Source of the DNA: Dehalococcoidia bacterium
GTDB taxonomy: Bacteria > Chloroflexota > Dehalococcoidia > Lucifugimonadales > JAGWBF01
Reading direction: 5' to 3'
Length of the DNA stretch: 64,000 nt
NCBI GenBank assembly: GCA_964291465.2
Contig: OZ219934.1
Span: forward strand, 6,768 to 70,767
Shown here: piece after piece, positions 52,610 through 62,049 of the stretch
Numbering within the stretch: the first letter of the stretch is position 1
How the letters are laid out: every line of letters begins with the position of its first letter
Notes under the pieces: generated by a model
What the model was told of the DNA's origin: nothing
What the model saw: only the letters and a program-made list of their open reading frames with translations
Database searches by the model: none
Translations under genes and position numbers: made by a program

Positions 52610-54459
52610 CTAGCCGCCCCCTCCGTTGGCCCCGCCCAGGGCCTCCCTGGCCAGGGGCCCCGATGGCATGGGCGCGTCCAGCAGGACCTCCTCCTGGGGC
52701 CGGAGCTGCAGGTCGTATATCTCCCGGTAGAGCCCGCCCCTGGCCATCAGCTCCAGGTGGCTGCCCTCCTCCACGATCTCGCCGTTCTTCAGGACCAGGA
52801 TCAGGTCGGCCTCCCGCACCGTGCTCAGCCGGTGGGCGATGACGAAGGTGGTCCTGCCCTTCATCACCTCCACCATGGCCCGGTGTATCTGGCGCTCCGT
52901 CTCCACGTCCACGCTGGAGGTGGAGTCATCCAGGATGAGCACGGGCGGGTCCAGGAGTATGGTCCTGGCGATGGAGAGGCGCTGCCTCTGCCCGCCGGAG
53001 AGGGTCGAGCCCCGCTCCCCGACCCAGGTATCGTACCCGTAGGGCAGCTCCTCGATCTGCCCGTGGAGCTGGGCCACCTTCGCCGCCAGGGTTACGTCCT
53101 CCTCGGAGGCGTCCACCGCGCCGTAGGCTATGTTGTCCCGCACCGTGGCGCTGAACAGGTACACGTCCTGCTGCACGATGCCCACGTTCCTGCGGAGGGA
53201 GGCCAGGGTGAACTCCCGGATGTCCCGCCCGTCGATGGTGATCCGGCCGCCCGTCACGTCGTAGAACCGGGGCAGCATGTTCACGATGGTGCTCTTGCCA
53301 CTCCCCGGGGCCCCCAGCAAGGCGATCACCGAGCCGGGGGAGGCGGATATGTTGACGTTCCTCAGGGCTGGCGCGTCCCCTCCGTAGGAGTCCCCGTAGG
53401 AGAAAGTCACATTCTCGAAGCGGACGTGGCCGGCGGGGCGGCCCATCTCCCGGGCGTCGCGCCGCTCCACCACCGGGGACTGGGCGTCCAGCACGTCGAA
53501 GAGCCTGGTGCCCGAGGATACGGCCCGGGAGAAGCTGCTGATGATCTGGGGGGTCATGGCGTACGGGGAAGGTGAGCTGGTTCATCAGCAGGAGGAACAT
53601 GGCCAGGTCATCGGGCCCCAGGTCGCCCCGGACCACCTCCCAGCCCCCATACCAGATAATCAGGCCCAGCGCCAGGGTGAAGTAGAAGGTCATCCACGCC
53701 CCGTTGGTCCCCTGCAGCCTCTCCGACGCGAAGTACTCGGCCTGGAGGGCCCGGGCCTTGCGCCGGAACTTCCCCTTCTCGTGCTCCTCGGCGGCGAACG
53801 CCTTGACCACGTGTATGCCCGACAGGTTCTCCTGCATGACCGTGACCAGCTCGCCCATGATCTCCTGGACGTGGAGCCACATAGCCCTGAGGCGGGTCAT
53901 GACCACCGTCGACCTGGCCACCAGGAAGGGCACGAAGGCCAGGGCCCTCAGGGTCAGCTCCCAGTTCAGGTAGACCAGCAGCGCGACGATGGCGCCGACC
54001 CTGACCGCCACCTCCAGGGAGCGGACCATCCCCATCATGACGAACCGCCTCACCGCCTCGATGTCCGAGGTGACCTTGGACATCAGGTTCCCCGTGTGCT
54101 CCTTGTCGTGGTAGGCGAAGCTCAGGTGCTGGAGCTTGTCGTACATGGAGTTCCGCAGGTCGTAGGAGACCTTCTGGGACAGGGAGTCCGTGGTGTAGGT
54201 GCGGCCAAAGTCGAATATCCCCCGCATGAGGCTGGCGCCCAGGAGGCCCAGGGCGAAGTAGAACAGGGTCCCCCCGCTCCACGTCCCCCAACATCAGGGA
54301 GCCGTCGTCTGCCCGGACCACGACCCTGCCGATGGCCTCTCCCAGCAGGTGGACCACCAGTAGAGAGAAGACGATGGCGGCGAAGAAGCTGAAATATGCC
54401 AGGACGAGGCGCTTCCGGTAGCGCAGGGTCATCCCGACTATTCTTCGAAGGACTTCCAT
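52610..54459 (-). pseudogene. ABC exporter (fused TMD-NBD), reading frame broken twice at G6 runs
   Basis: There are three frame segments: 54459 to ~54275, ~54275 to ~53553, and ~53553 to 52610. The breaks coincide with C6 at 54270-54275 and G6 at 53548-53553 on the plus strand. The NBD has GAPGSGKST, LSGGQRQR and LILDDSTS. The stop TAG abuts the next ATG. Confidence 0.75.
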
Positions 54460-54667
54460 ATCTCAGTGCGGGCGAGGGGCCGAGGGGAGGACGGAGGGGC
54501 CGGGGGCGGCATAGCGCGGCCGGTCGAGTTTACATCCAAGCCTCAAACGGGGACATTATATTACTTTCCCGCGTCGATGTACATGCAGACCCGGGCCCCT
54601 AAACGCCCGGACTTCGTGACAACCCCTCCCCTTCCCCGCTGCCTGGCGTCACTACCCATACCCCCAA

Positions 54668-54707
54668 GGGTAGATTTCTCTCTCCGCTTCGCTCCGCTCG
54701 AAATGAC
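54668..54707. repeat. Dispersed short repeat (GGGTAGATTTCTC...GCTCCGCTCGAAATGAC), copy 2
   Basis: Related to 24065-24097. It lies in the 480-nt region between the ABC genes and the MFS gene. Confidence 0.6.
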
Positions 54708-54747
54708 AGGATGGGGACCGTGCAGTGGATTGGCCCCTGAATTCCGG

Positions 54748-54779
54748 CTCGGGGGCCGGAATGCTCGGGGGCCGGAATG
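54748..54779. repeat. Perfect 16-nt tandem duplication CTCGGGGGCCGGAATG x2
   Basis: 54748-54763 is identical to 54764-54779. It ends in CGGAATGAC, the same tail as the dispersed repeat. Confidence 0.9.
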
Positions 54780-54941
54780 ACGGTGATGATACGGCGGCCT
54801 CCACCGGCGCCGCCTCCCCGTGCCCCCAAGGGCGCTCCAGTTGACACCGGGGGCAATAGGCGGTATTAATTCTCCCGACGGGAGGACCATGACCTTCGCA
54901 GCGATTCCAACGCCGGCGCCGCTGCCGGCACGGGCCATGCC

Positions 54942-56210
54942 GTGACCGCGGAAAAGGAGCACGCCCACGCCCACCACCACGACGGTGGGGCGGGGCTCAG
55001 AGGCAAGGCGTCCTTCATCCTGACCGGGCTCAGCGGGGGCCACGGGGTCTTCCACTGGCTGAACCACAGCTTCCTGGTGATGCTCCCCGAGGTGAAGGCC
55101 ACCTTCGGGCTGGGAGCCCTGGAGGTGGGCGGCATCGCCGCGGTGCGGGAGGTCCTGTCGGGCCTCATCACCCTGCCCGGCGGCATCATCGCCGACGTTC
55201 TCCGGCGCTACTGGGGGCTGGTCCTGGCCCTGTGCATGGCCGGATTCGGCCTGGGATGGCTGGTCATGGGCGCCTCTCCGGTGTACGGCGTCCTGCTGCT
55301 GGGCATGGCCGTGGTCTCCATCTCCACTTCCCTCTGGCACCTGCCCGCCATGGCGTCCCTGTCCCACCACTTCTCCCACAGGAGGGGGACGGCCCTCTCC
55401 TTCCACGGCATAGGCGGCAACATCGGCGACGTGGCGGGGCCCGCCATCACCGGCTTTCTTCTGGTAGTCCTCGCCTGGCGGGAGGTCCTGAGCATATACG
55501 CCGTTGCCCCCGTCCTGCTGGCCTTCGTCGTCTTCTGGGCCTTCCGGGACATCGGCAAGACGGCCGACTCGGACACGCCCCGCACCGACCTGGCGGGACA
55601 GATGCGGCTGACGAGGCAGCTACTCAGGGACCCGGCGCTGTGGGGAGTGATACTGGTGGCGGGCCTGCGGGGCATGGCCTCCCTGGCCTTCTTCACCTTC
55701 CTGACCCTGTACCTGGACGAGGAAGCAGGGCTGGGCAAGGGGGCACGTGGGCTCTACTTCGGCCTGCTGGTGGCAGTCGGAGTCGTGTCCACGCCCACCA
55801 TGGGGTACCTGTCCGACAGGCTGGGGCGCAAGCTGGTCCTGGTGCCGGGACTGCTGCTCCTGTGCACCCTGTCCCTGCTGATGGTGCCCTTGGGGGACGG
55901 GTTCACCCTCCCCATCATCATCGCCGCCCTCGGCCTGTTCCTGTTCAGCGACCAGCCCATCCTGACGGCGGCGGCCCTGGACATGGTCGACGAGGGCGTG
56001 GCCACCAGCACCCTGGGGGTCCTTTCCTTCTCCCGGTTCGTCATGAGCGGCGCGTCCCCCCTCATAGCCGGCGCCATGCGCGACGCCTGGGGCTTCGACG
56101 CCATCTTCTACTATGCTGCGGTGCTGTTCGCCCTGGCCGCCGCGGTCCTCACCACGGTCCCGCTGAGGAAGAGGGCCGGGCCCCCCGCCGCCCACGGCCA
56201 CGCCCACTAG
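54942..56210 (+). CDS. MFS transporter with His-rich termini
   Basis: GTG start, 12 predicted TM segments. The N-terminus is EKEHAHAHHHDGG and the C-terminus is PPAAHGHAH. Confidence 0.8.
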   Translation: MTAEKEHAHAHHHDGGAGLRGKASFILTGLSGGHGVFHWLNHSFLVMLPEVKATFGLGALEVGGIAAVREVLSGLITLPGGIIADVLRRYWGLVLALCMAGFGLGWLVMGASPVYGVLLLGMAVVSISTSLWHLPAMASLSHHFSHRRGTALSFHGIGGNIGDVAGPAITGFLLVVLAWREVLSIYAVAPVLLAFVVFWAFRDIGKTADSDTPRTDLAGQMRLTRQLLRDPALWGVILVAGLRGMASLAFFTFLTLYLDEEAGLGKGARGLYFGLLVAVGVVSTPTMGYLSDRLGRKLVLVPGLLLLCTLSLLMVPLGDGFTLPIIIAALGLFLFSDQPILTAAALDMVDEGVATSTLGVLSFSRFVMSGASPLIAGAMRDAWGFDAIFYYAAVLFALAAAVLTTVPLRKRAGPPAAHGHAH

Positions 56211-56403
56211 CCGACTTGGGCGGCCTCCAACCCGTCTTCCGCTCCGCCCTCCAACGGCCATTGCCATTACAGCGGGCTCGCGGCGCCCACCCCATCAGAC
56301 CCACGAAAGCGGGAGTCCAGGCCCCCCACCCCGGGGTCCCGGCCTTCGCGGGGACGACGGGACCGTTCCCCAGCTGCGTTGACCGGCACCGGCCCATGTC
56401 ATA

Positions 56404-56444
56404 CCATGACCCGAAGCCCATGACCCAAAGCCCATGACTCAAAG
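56404..56444. repeat. Three tandem ~14-nt units CCCATGAC(C/T)C(G/A)AAG
   Basis: Units at 56404-56416, 56417-56430 and 56431-56444. The array ends 21 nt before ATG 56466 of the aldehyde dehydrogenase gene. A degenerate CCCATG copy occurs at 56393. Confidence 0.85.
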
Positions 56445-56465
56445 GACGGAAAAGGAGGCGCTCCC

Positions 56466-57878
56466 ATGAAGATGTACATCGGAGGACAGTGGGTCGACAG
56501 GGACGAGAAGGTCCCGGTGATCAACCCGTACAGCGGCTCCCAGGTAGACACCGTGCCCAGGGGAAGCGCCGCCGACGTGGACGCCGCCGTCACCAGCGCG
56601 GTGGCCGGGGCGGCAGTCATGGCGGACGTCCCCGCCTACCAGCGGTACACCATTCTGAAGAGGGCGGCGGACCTGCTGGCCGAGCGAACCCAGGAGTTCG
56701 CCCGCACCATAACGATGGAGGAGGGCAAGACCCTGGCCGAGGCCACCGCCGAGGTGGGCAGGGCCGTGCAGACCATGACCCTGTCGGCCGAGGAGTCCAA
56801 GCGTCTCCACGGGGAGACGGTGCCCCTGGACGCCGCCCCCGGGATCGGCGCCCACCTTCTGGGGTTCACCGTCAGGGTCCCCTGCGGCGTGGTAGCCGCC
56901 ATCAGCCCCTTCAACTTCCCCCTGAACCTGGTGTGCCACAAGGTCGGGCCCGGCCTGGCCGCCGGGAACGCGGTGATCATCAAGCCGGCCAGCGACACTC
57001 CCCTGTCGGCCCTGAAGCTGACGGAGGTGCTGCTGGAGGCCGGCCTGCCTCCCCTGGCGATACAGTGCGTGACGGGGCCCGGCGGGGCCATCGGCGACGC
57101 CCTGTGCACCGACCCTCGGGTGCGCAAGATCACCTTCACCGGGAGCCGCGACGTGGGCGAGCACATCTGCCACACGGCGGGGCTCAAGAAGGTGACCATG
57201 GAGCTGGGGGCCAACTGCCCCATGATCGTCATGCCCGACGCCGACGTGGAGAAGGTCGCCCAGGCCACCGTCGCCGGGGGCTTCTCCAACGCGGGCCAGG
57301 TCTGCATATCCACCCAAAGGGTGCTGGTGGGCAGCCAGGTGTACGGGGACTACCTGGACGCGCTGAAGCCCCAGGTGGAGGGGCTTCGCACCGGCGACGG
57401 GTTGGCCGACGGGGTACAGATGGGCCCCATGATCCGGGAGTCCGACGCCGCCCGGGTGGACCAGTGGGTCCGGGAGGCGGTGGACACCGGCGCCAGGCTG
57501 GTGACGGGCGGCGACCGATCGGGGACCATGTACGCGCCGACGGTGGTGGCCGACGTGAGGCCCGAGATGCGCATCTCCTGCGACGAGCTGTTCGGGCCCG
57601 CGGTCGCCGTCACCCGCTTCGACACCATCGAGGACGCCATCGCCCTGGCCAACGACTCGGTGTACGGCTTGAGCGCGGCCCTCTACACCCAGAACCTGGA
57701 CTGGGCCATGAAGTTCGTGAGACAGGTGCACTCGGGCAACCTGATGATCAACTCCAGCCCCCAGTTCCGGGTTGACCTGATGCCCTACGGAGGGCTAAAG
57801 GACAGCGGGATGGGCAAGGAGGGGCCGGGCTACGCCATCCACGAGATGACGGAGCTGAAGATGGTGGCGTTCCACTAG
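56466..57878 (+). CDS. NAD(P)-dependent aldehyde dehydrogenase
   Basis: SD AAAGGAGG. FPLNL, ELGANCP (catalytic Glu), GQVCISTQR (catalytic Cys), PYGGLKDSGMG. Confidence 0.9.
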   Translation: MKMYIGGQWVDRDEKVPVINPYSGSQVDTVPRGSAADVDAAVTSAVAGAAVMADVPAYQRYTILKRAADLLAERTQEFARTITMEEGKTLAEATAEVGRAVQTMTLSAEESKRLHGETVPLDAAPGIGAHLLGFTVRVPCGVVAAISPFNFPLNLVCHKVGPGLAAGNAVIIKPASDTPLSALKLTEVLLEAGLPPLAIQCVTGPGGAIGDALCTDPRVRKITFTGSRDVGEHICHTAGLKKVTMELGANCPMIVMPDADVEKVAQATVAGGFSNAGQVCISTQRVLVGSQVYGDYLDALKPQVEGLRTGDGLADGVQMGPMIRESDAARVDQWVREAVDTGARLVTGGDRSGTMYAPTVVADVRPEMRISCDELFGPAVAVTRFDTIEDAIALANDSVYGLSAALYTQNLDWAMKFVRQVHSGNLMINSSPQFRVDLMPYGGLKDSGMGKEGPGYAIHEMTELKMVAFH

Positions 57879-59173
57879 GCGTCTTTGGAGAGGTTGGTCA
57901 GGAACTCCTTGTTGGTCCTGGTCTTGGAGAGGCGTTCCAGCACCCGCTCGGTGGCGTCGGAGTGGCTCCCCGAGTCGCTGCCCAGCAGGGAGACCATCCG
58001 GCGCAGGAGGTACACCTGCTTGAGGGTGGTGTCGTCGAAGAACAGCTCCTCCCGGCGGGTGCCGCTGCGCTGGATGTCGATGGCGGGGAAGAAACGCCTC
58101 TCGGCCAGCCTGCGGTCCAGGTGGAGCTCCATGTTGCCGGTGCCCTTGAACTCCTCGTATATGACCTCGTCCATGCGGCTGCCGGTGTCCACCAGGCAGT
58201 TGGCTATTATGGTCAGGCTTCCCCCCTCCTCCACGTTGCGCGCGGCCCCGAAGAAGCGCTTGGGCGGGTAGAGGGCCACCGGGTCTATGCCGCCGGACAG
58301 GGTGCGGCCGCTGCTGGGCACCGCCAGGTTGTAGGCCCTGGTGAACCGGGTGATGCTGTCCAGGAGGATCACCACGTCCCTCCCGGCCTCCACCAGCCGC
58401 TTGGCCCGCTCCAGGGCCAGCTCGCCCACACGGACCTGGTCCTCGACGGACTCGTCGAAGGTGGACCCGTACACATCCCCCCTCACCGACCGGCGCATGT
58501 CCGTGACCTCCTCGGGGCGCTCGCCTATGAGCACCACCATCAGGTCGGCGTCGGGGAAATTGGCCGTGACCCCGTTGGCGATGTTCTTGAGGACCGTGGT
58601 CTTGCCGGCCTTGGGCGGCGAGACGATGAGGCCCCTCTGGCCCAGGCCGATGGGGGAGAAGAGGTCGATCATCCGGGTGGTCAGGTTCCTGGGGTCGCTC
58701 TCCAGCACTATCTGCTCGTCGGGGAAGATGGGGGTCAGGTGGTCGAACCCGGGCCTGGACCGGGCGCTCTCCGGGTTTACCCCGTTGACCTCTTCCACCC
58801 TCACCAAGCCGAAGTAGCGCTCCCCCTCCTTGGGAGGGCGGACCTGGCCGCTGACGGTGTCCCCGGTCCTGAGGGCGAACCGGCGGATCTGGGACTGGGA
58901 CACGTACACGTCTCCCGCCGCGGGCCGCAGGCCGTTCTGGCGCAGGAAGCCGTAGCCCTCGCCCATGATCTCCAGGACGCCGCCGGCGATGAGCCCCTGG
59001 TGGTCGGAGAAGATCTGGAAGACGCGGTGGAGCAGGTCCTCCCGCCGGAGGTTGCCCAGCGCGCCGCCCTCGTCGGCGCCGGCGTAGCGGGCTACGTCGA
59101 GGAGCTCCTCCTTGGTCTTGCGTTCCAGGTCGGCCACGTTGATTGCCACGCGTTCGGTAGTCACCTGATTCAC
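57875..59173 (-). CDS. rho: Transcription termination factor Rho
   Basis: N-terminal Rho_N, an RNA-binding fold (GYGFLR), Walker A PPKAGKT, ...LDSITRFTRAYN... The start is either GTG 59173 or GTG 59164 (the latter has a better-spaced SD). Confidence 0.95.
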   Translation of the reverse strand: MNQVTTERVAINVADLERKTKEELLDVARYAGADEGGALGNLRREDLLHRVFQIFSDHQGLIAGGVLEIMGEGYGFLRQNGLRPAAGDVYVSQSQIRRFALRTGDTVSGQVRPPKEGERYFGLVRVEEVNGVNPESARSRPGFDHLTPIFPDEQIVLESDPRNLTTRMIDLFSPIGLGQRGLIVSPPKAGKTTVLKNIANGVTANFPDADLMVVLIGERPEEVTDMRRSVRGDVYGSTFDESVEDQVRVGELALERAKRLVEAGRDVVILLDSITRFTRAYNLAVPSSGRTLSGGIDPVALYPPKRFFGAARNVEEGGSLTIIANCLVDTGSRMDEVIYEEFKGTGNMELHLDRRLAERRFFPAIDIQRSGTRREELFFDDTTLKQVYLLRRMVSLLGSDSGSHSDATERVLERLSKTRTNKEFLTNLSKDA

Positions 59174-59279
59174 CTCTTGGAAGCTGTTGCCACTGAAGTC
59201 GATGTGCCACCGGCACGGAGATTGCCGGCGCGCGTCCTGTCCGGGGCATTCCCGGCGCGCGTCCCATGCGGGGGCTGGG

Positions 59280-59936
59280 TCACGAGGAGGCCTTCCGCCA
59301 GTCCTCGGAAAAGCGGGACTGGCCCGCGTCGGTCAGGGGGTGCTTCACCATCTGCATGAGCACGGAGAAGGGGACGGTGGCTATGTGGGCCCCCGCCTTG
59401 GCGGCCATGACGCAGTGCTGGGCGTGCCGTATGCTGGCCGCCAGCACCCTGGTCTGGATGTTGTGGGTCCTGTAGACCTGCACGATGTCCTCCACCAGGT
59501 CCATGCCTTGCTGGCCGATGTCGTCCAGGCGCCCGACGAAGGGGCTGACCGCCGTGGCCCCCGCCCGGGCCCCCAGCAACGCCTGGTTCACGGAGAAGCA
59601 CAGGGTCTGGTTCACCTTGATGTCGTGGGAGGTGAGGACGGACATGGCCTCGATGCCCGCCTGGGTGCTGGGGAGCTTTACCCAGGGGTCCGGTATCCAG
59701 GTGGCGATGTCCCGCCCTTCGGTTATCATGCCCTCCACGTCGGTGCTGACGACCTCCACGGAGATGGGGCCGTCGATGATGCCGGCGATCTCCTCCACCG
59801 AGCGCCGGTAGGCCTCCAGCCTTCCGATGCCCTCTTTGGCCGCCAGCGACGGGTTGGTCGTAACCCCCGTTACGACGCCCATCCTGGCGCCCTGCCTGAT
59901 CTCGTCTATGTTAGCGGTGTCGAGGAATAGCTCCAT
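59280..59936 (-). CDS. tal: Fructose-6-phosphate aldolase / short transaldolase
   Basis: ATG 59936 opens MELFLDTANIDEI...GVTTNPSL...VKLPST...SPFVGRLDD. It is the ~218-aa TalC/FsaA type. Confidence 0.9.
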   Translation of the reverse strand: MELFLDTANIDEIRQGARMGVVTGVTTNPSLAAKEGIGRLEAYRRSVEEIAGIIDGPISVEVVSTDVEGMITEGRDIATWIPDPWVKLPSTQAGIEAMSVLTSHDIKVNQTLCFSVNQALLGARAGATAVSPFVGRLDDIGQQGMDLVEDIVQVYRTHNIQTRVLAASIRHAQHCVMAAKAGAHIATVPFSVLMQMVKHPLTDAGQSRFSEDWRKASS

Positions 59937-60077
59937 CGGGGACCTCTCGTTGGGTAGTCCGGGCCGGGGCGGCCGGGGCCCGCCCCGGGGCATGGAGGGG
60001 CCGTGGAGTCGGGCCCTGGCGGGTCTCCGTTACCTGGAGGGGGCGGGTGAGGAGGTTGAGGTGCATGGGCGGTACGC

Positions 60078-61709
60078 TCAGATGGGGAGGGCCGGTTGGG
60101 CTCCTTCTCGAAGGGTGTCCTTGGCGGCCGCCACCAGCTCCCGGAAGAGGGGGTGGGGCCTGTTGGGCCTTGAGAGGAACTCGGGATGGAACTGGACCCC
60201 CAGCATGAAGGGGTGGTCCACCACCTCGGTGATTTCCACCAGCTTGCCGTCGGGGGACACGCCCCCGGCCAGCAGCCCCTCGGTCTCCAGGGCCTCCCGG
60301 TACGTGTTGTTCAGCTCGAAGCGGTGCCGGTGGCGCTCCAGCACCTCGTCGCGGCCGTAGGCCCTGTGGGCACGGCTCCCCTTCAGGGGGCGGCAGGGGT
60401 ACTCGCCCAGGCGCATGGTGCCGCCCTTCTGGGTGACCGCCCGCTGCTCGGGCAGGATGTCGATCACCGGGTGGGGCGTGTCGGGCTGGATCTCCGAGGA
60501 GTTGGCCTCCTTCATCCCCAGCACGTTCCTGGCGTACTCGACGACCATCGCCTGGAGGCCCAGGCAGAGCCCCAGGTAGGGTATCTGGTTCTCCCGGGCG
60601 TAGCGGGCGGTCTCGATCATCCCCTCCACGCCCCGGGAGCCGAACCCCCCCGGCACCACGATGCCGCAGGCCGTCTTGAGCAGGTCGTCGGGGCCGTGCC
60701 GCTCGATATCCTCGGAGTGGACCCACTGGATCTCGATGTCCCGGTCGTGCTGGAGGCCGGCGTGCTTGAGGGCCTCCTTGACGGATATGTAGGAGTCCTG
60801 GAGGTCCACGTACTTGCCCACCAGGGCGATGGGCACCGACTCGCTGAGCCGGCTCATGCGGTCCACCAGGTCCGACCACTCGGTCAGGTCCTGGGTGCCC
60901 GCGGGCAGGTCCAGGGAGCGCACCAGCAGGTCTCCCAGGCCGTACTCCTCCAGCACCAGGGGCACCTCGTACACGGTGGACATGTTGAGCAGGGGGATGA
61001 CCGCGTCCCTGGGCACGTCGCAGAAGAGGGATATCTTGTCCTTCACGCCCTCGGGCACCGGCAGGTCGCAGCGGCAGATGATCACGTCGGGCTGGATGCC
61101 GATGCTGCGAAGCTCCTTGACGCTGTGCTGGGTGGGCTTGGTCTTCAGCTCGTCGCTGGCGGCCATGTAGGGGAGCAGGGTGACGTGGATGTACAGCACG
61201 TTCCCCCGGCCCACCTCGTTGCGCATCTGGCGGATGGCTTCCAGGAAGGGGAGGCCCTCGATGTCTCCCACGGTGCCGCCCACCTCGACCACGACCACCT
61301 CCGCGGCGGTCTCCTCGGCGTGGGCCTTCATCCTGCCCTTGATCTCGTTGGTGACGTGGGGGACCGCCTGTATGGTGCCGCCCAGGAAGTCGCCCCGTCG
61401 CTCCTTCCCCAGGAGGGACACGTAGACCTGGCCCGCGGTGAGGTTGGAGGACTTGGTGAGCTCCTGGTCGATGAAACGCTCGTAGTGGCCCAGGTCCATG
61501 TCCGTCTCGCCGCCGTCCTTGGTCACGAACACCTCGCCGTGCTGGTAGGGGGACATGGTGCCCGGGTCGACGTTCAGGTAGGGGTCGAACTTCATGACGG
61601 AGACCCGGAGCCCGCGGCTCTTGAGGATGCGGCCGATGGAGGCGGCGCTTATGCCCTTGCCCACGGAGCTGACCACCCCTCCGGTAACAAAGAGGTACTT
61701 AGCGCTCAT
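60078..61709 (-). CDS. pyrG: CTP synthase
   Basis: [16 protein letters not shown] ... GGTVGDIE ... GATase GLCLGLQ ... FHPEF. Confidence 0.95.
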   Translation of the reverse strand: MSAKYLFVTGGVVSSVGKGISAASIGRILKSRGLRVSVMKFDPYLNVDPGTMSPYQHGEVFVTKDGGETDMDLGHYERFIDQELTKSSNLTAGQVYVSLLGKERRGDFLGGTIQAVPHVTNEIKGRMKAHAEETAAEVVVVEVGGTVGDIEGLPFLEAIRQMRNEVGRGNVLYIHVTLLPYMAASDELKTKPTQHSVKELRSIGIQPDVIICRCDLPVPEGVKDKISLFCDVPRDAVIPLLNMSTVYEVPLVLEEYGLGDLLVRSLDLPAGTQDLTEWSDLVDRMSRLSESVPIALVGKYVDLQDSYISVKEALKHAGLQHDRDIEIQWVHSEDIERHGPDDLLKTACGIVVPGGFGSRGVEGMIETARYARENQIPYLGLCLGLQAMVVEYARNVLGMKEANSSEIQPDTPHPVIDILPEQRAVTQKGGTMRLGEYPCRPLKGSRAHRAYGRDEVLERHRHRFELNNTYREALETEGLLAGGVSPDGKLVEITEVVDHPFMLGVQFHPEFLSRPNRPHPLFRELVAAAKDTLREGAQPALPI

Positions 61710-61828
61710 AGGCTGACGAAACGAGCCTTTCCCTAATGAGGAGTGACCTTTCGAGTCAAGGGAGACCGGTGGGGTAAAGGTGGGGCAGCGGGGGGACGGG
61801 CCGCCGTCCGGGCCGGGAGTCCAAGCGA

Positions 61829-61858
61829 ATTATAGGCCGCTGTTCTCGCACGTGTCAA
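61829..61858 (-). promoter_or_regulatory. Consensus sigma-70 promoter for pyrG
   Basis: On the minus strand: TTGACA (61858-61853), 18-nt spacer, TATAAT (61834-61829). It implies a 5' leader of about 110 nt. Confidence 0.6.
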
Positions 61859-61935
61859 TAGGCCTGACGGCGGCGGCAGGGGAGTCCTGGCCCGCCCTCC
61901 CGGCGCGCCGGGACCGCGTGGCCCCGGCCGGTCCG

Positions 61936-61965
61936 TTGCGCCCTACGCGCGGTGGTTGATAGAAT
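61936..61965 (+). promoter_or_regulatory. Sigma-70-like promoter for tRNA-Lys
   Basis: TTGCGC (61936-61941), 18-nt spacer, TGa-TAGAAT (61957-61965). The tRNA starts 10 nt after the -10. Confidence 0.5.
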
Positions 61966-61974
61966 CAGACGCCT

Positions 61975-62049
61975 GGGCCGGTAGCTCAGTTTGGTCAGAG
62001 CATCGGACTTTTAATCCGAGTGTCCTGGGTTCGAATCCCAGCCGGCCCA
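61975..62049 (+). tRNA. tRNA-Lys (anticodon UUU)
   Basis: Hand-folded cloverleaf: acceptor GGGCCGG/CCGGCCC, D stem GCTC/GAGC, anticodon stem TCGGA/TCCGA with loop CTTTTAA, T arm CTGGG-TTCGAAT-CCCAG, discriminator A. CCA is not encoded. Confidence 0.9.

Noticed and set aside
56300-56360. GC-rich element CCACGAAAGCGGGAGTCCAGG...CCCCGGGGTCCCGGCCTTCGCGGGGACGAC, resembling widespread CCCGCGAAGGCGGGA-type REP sequences.
   Set aside because: There is only one copy in the window and the stems I can draw are 5 bp or shorter. The resemblance is from memory only. This is not enough for a feature call.
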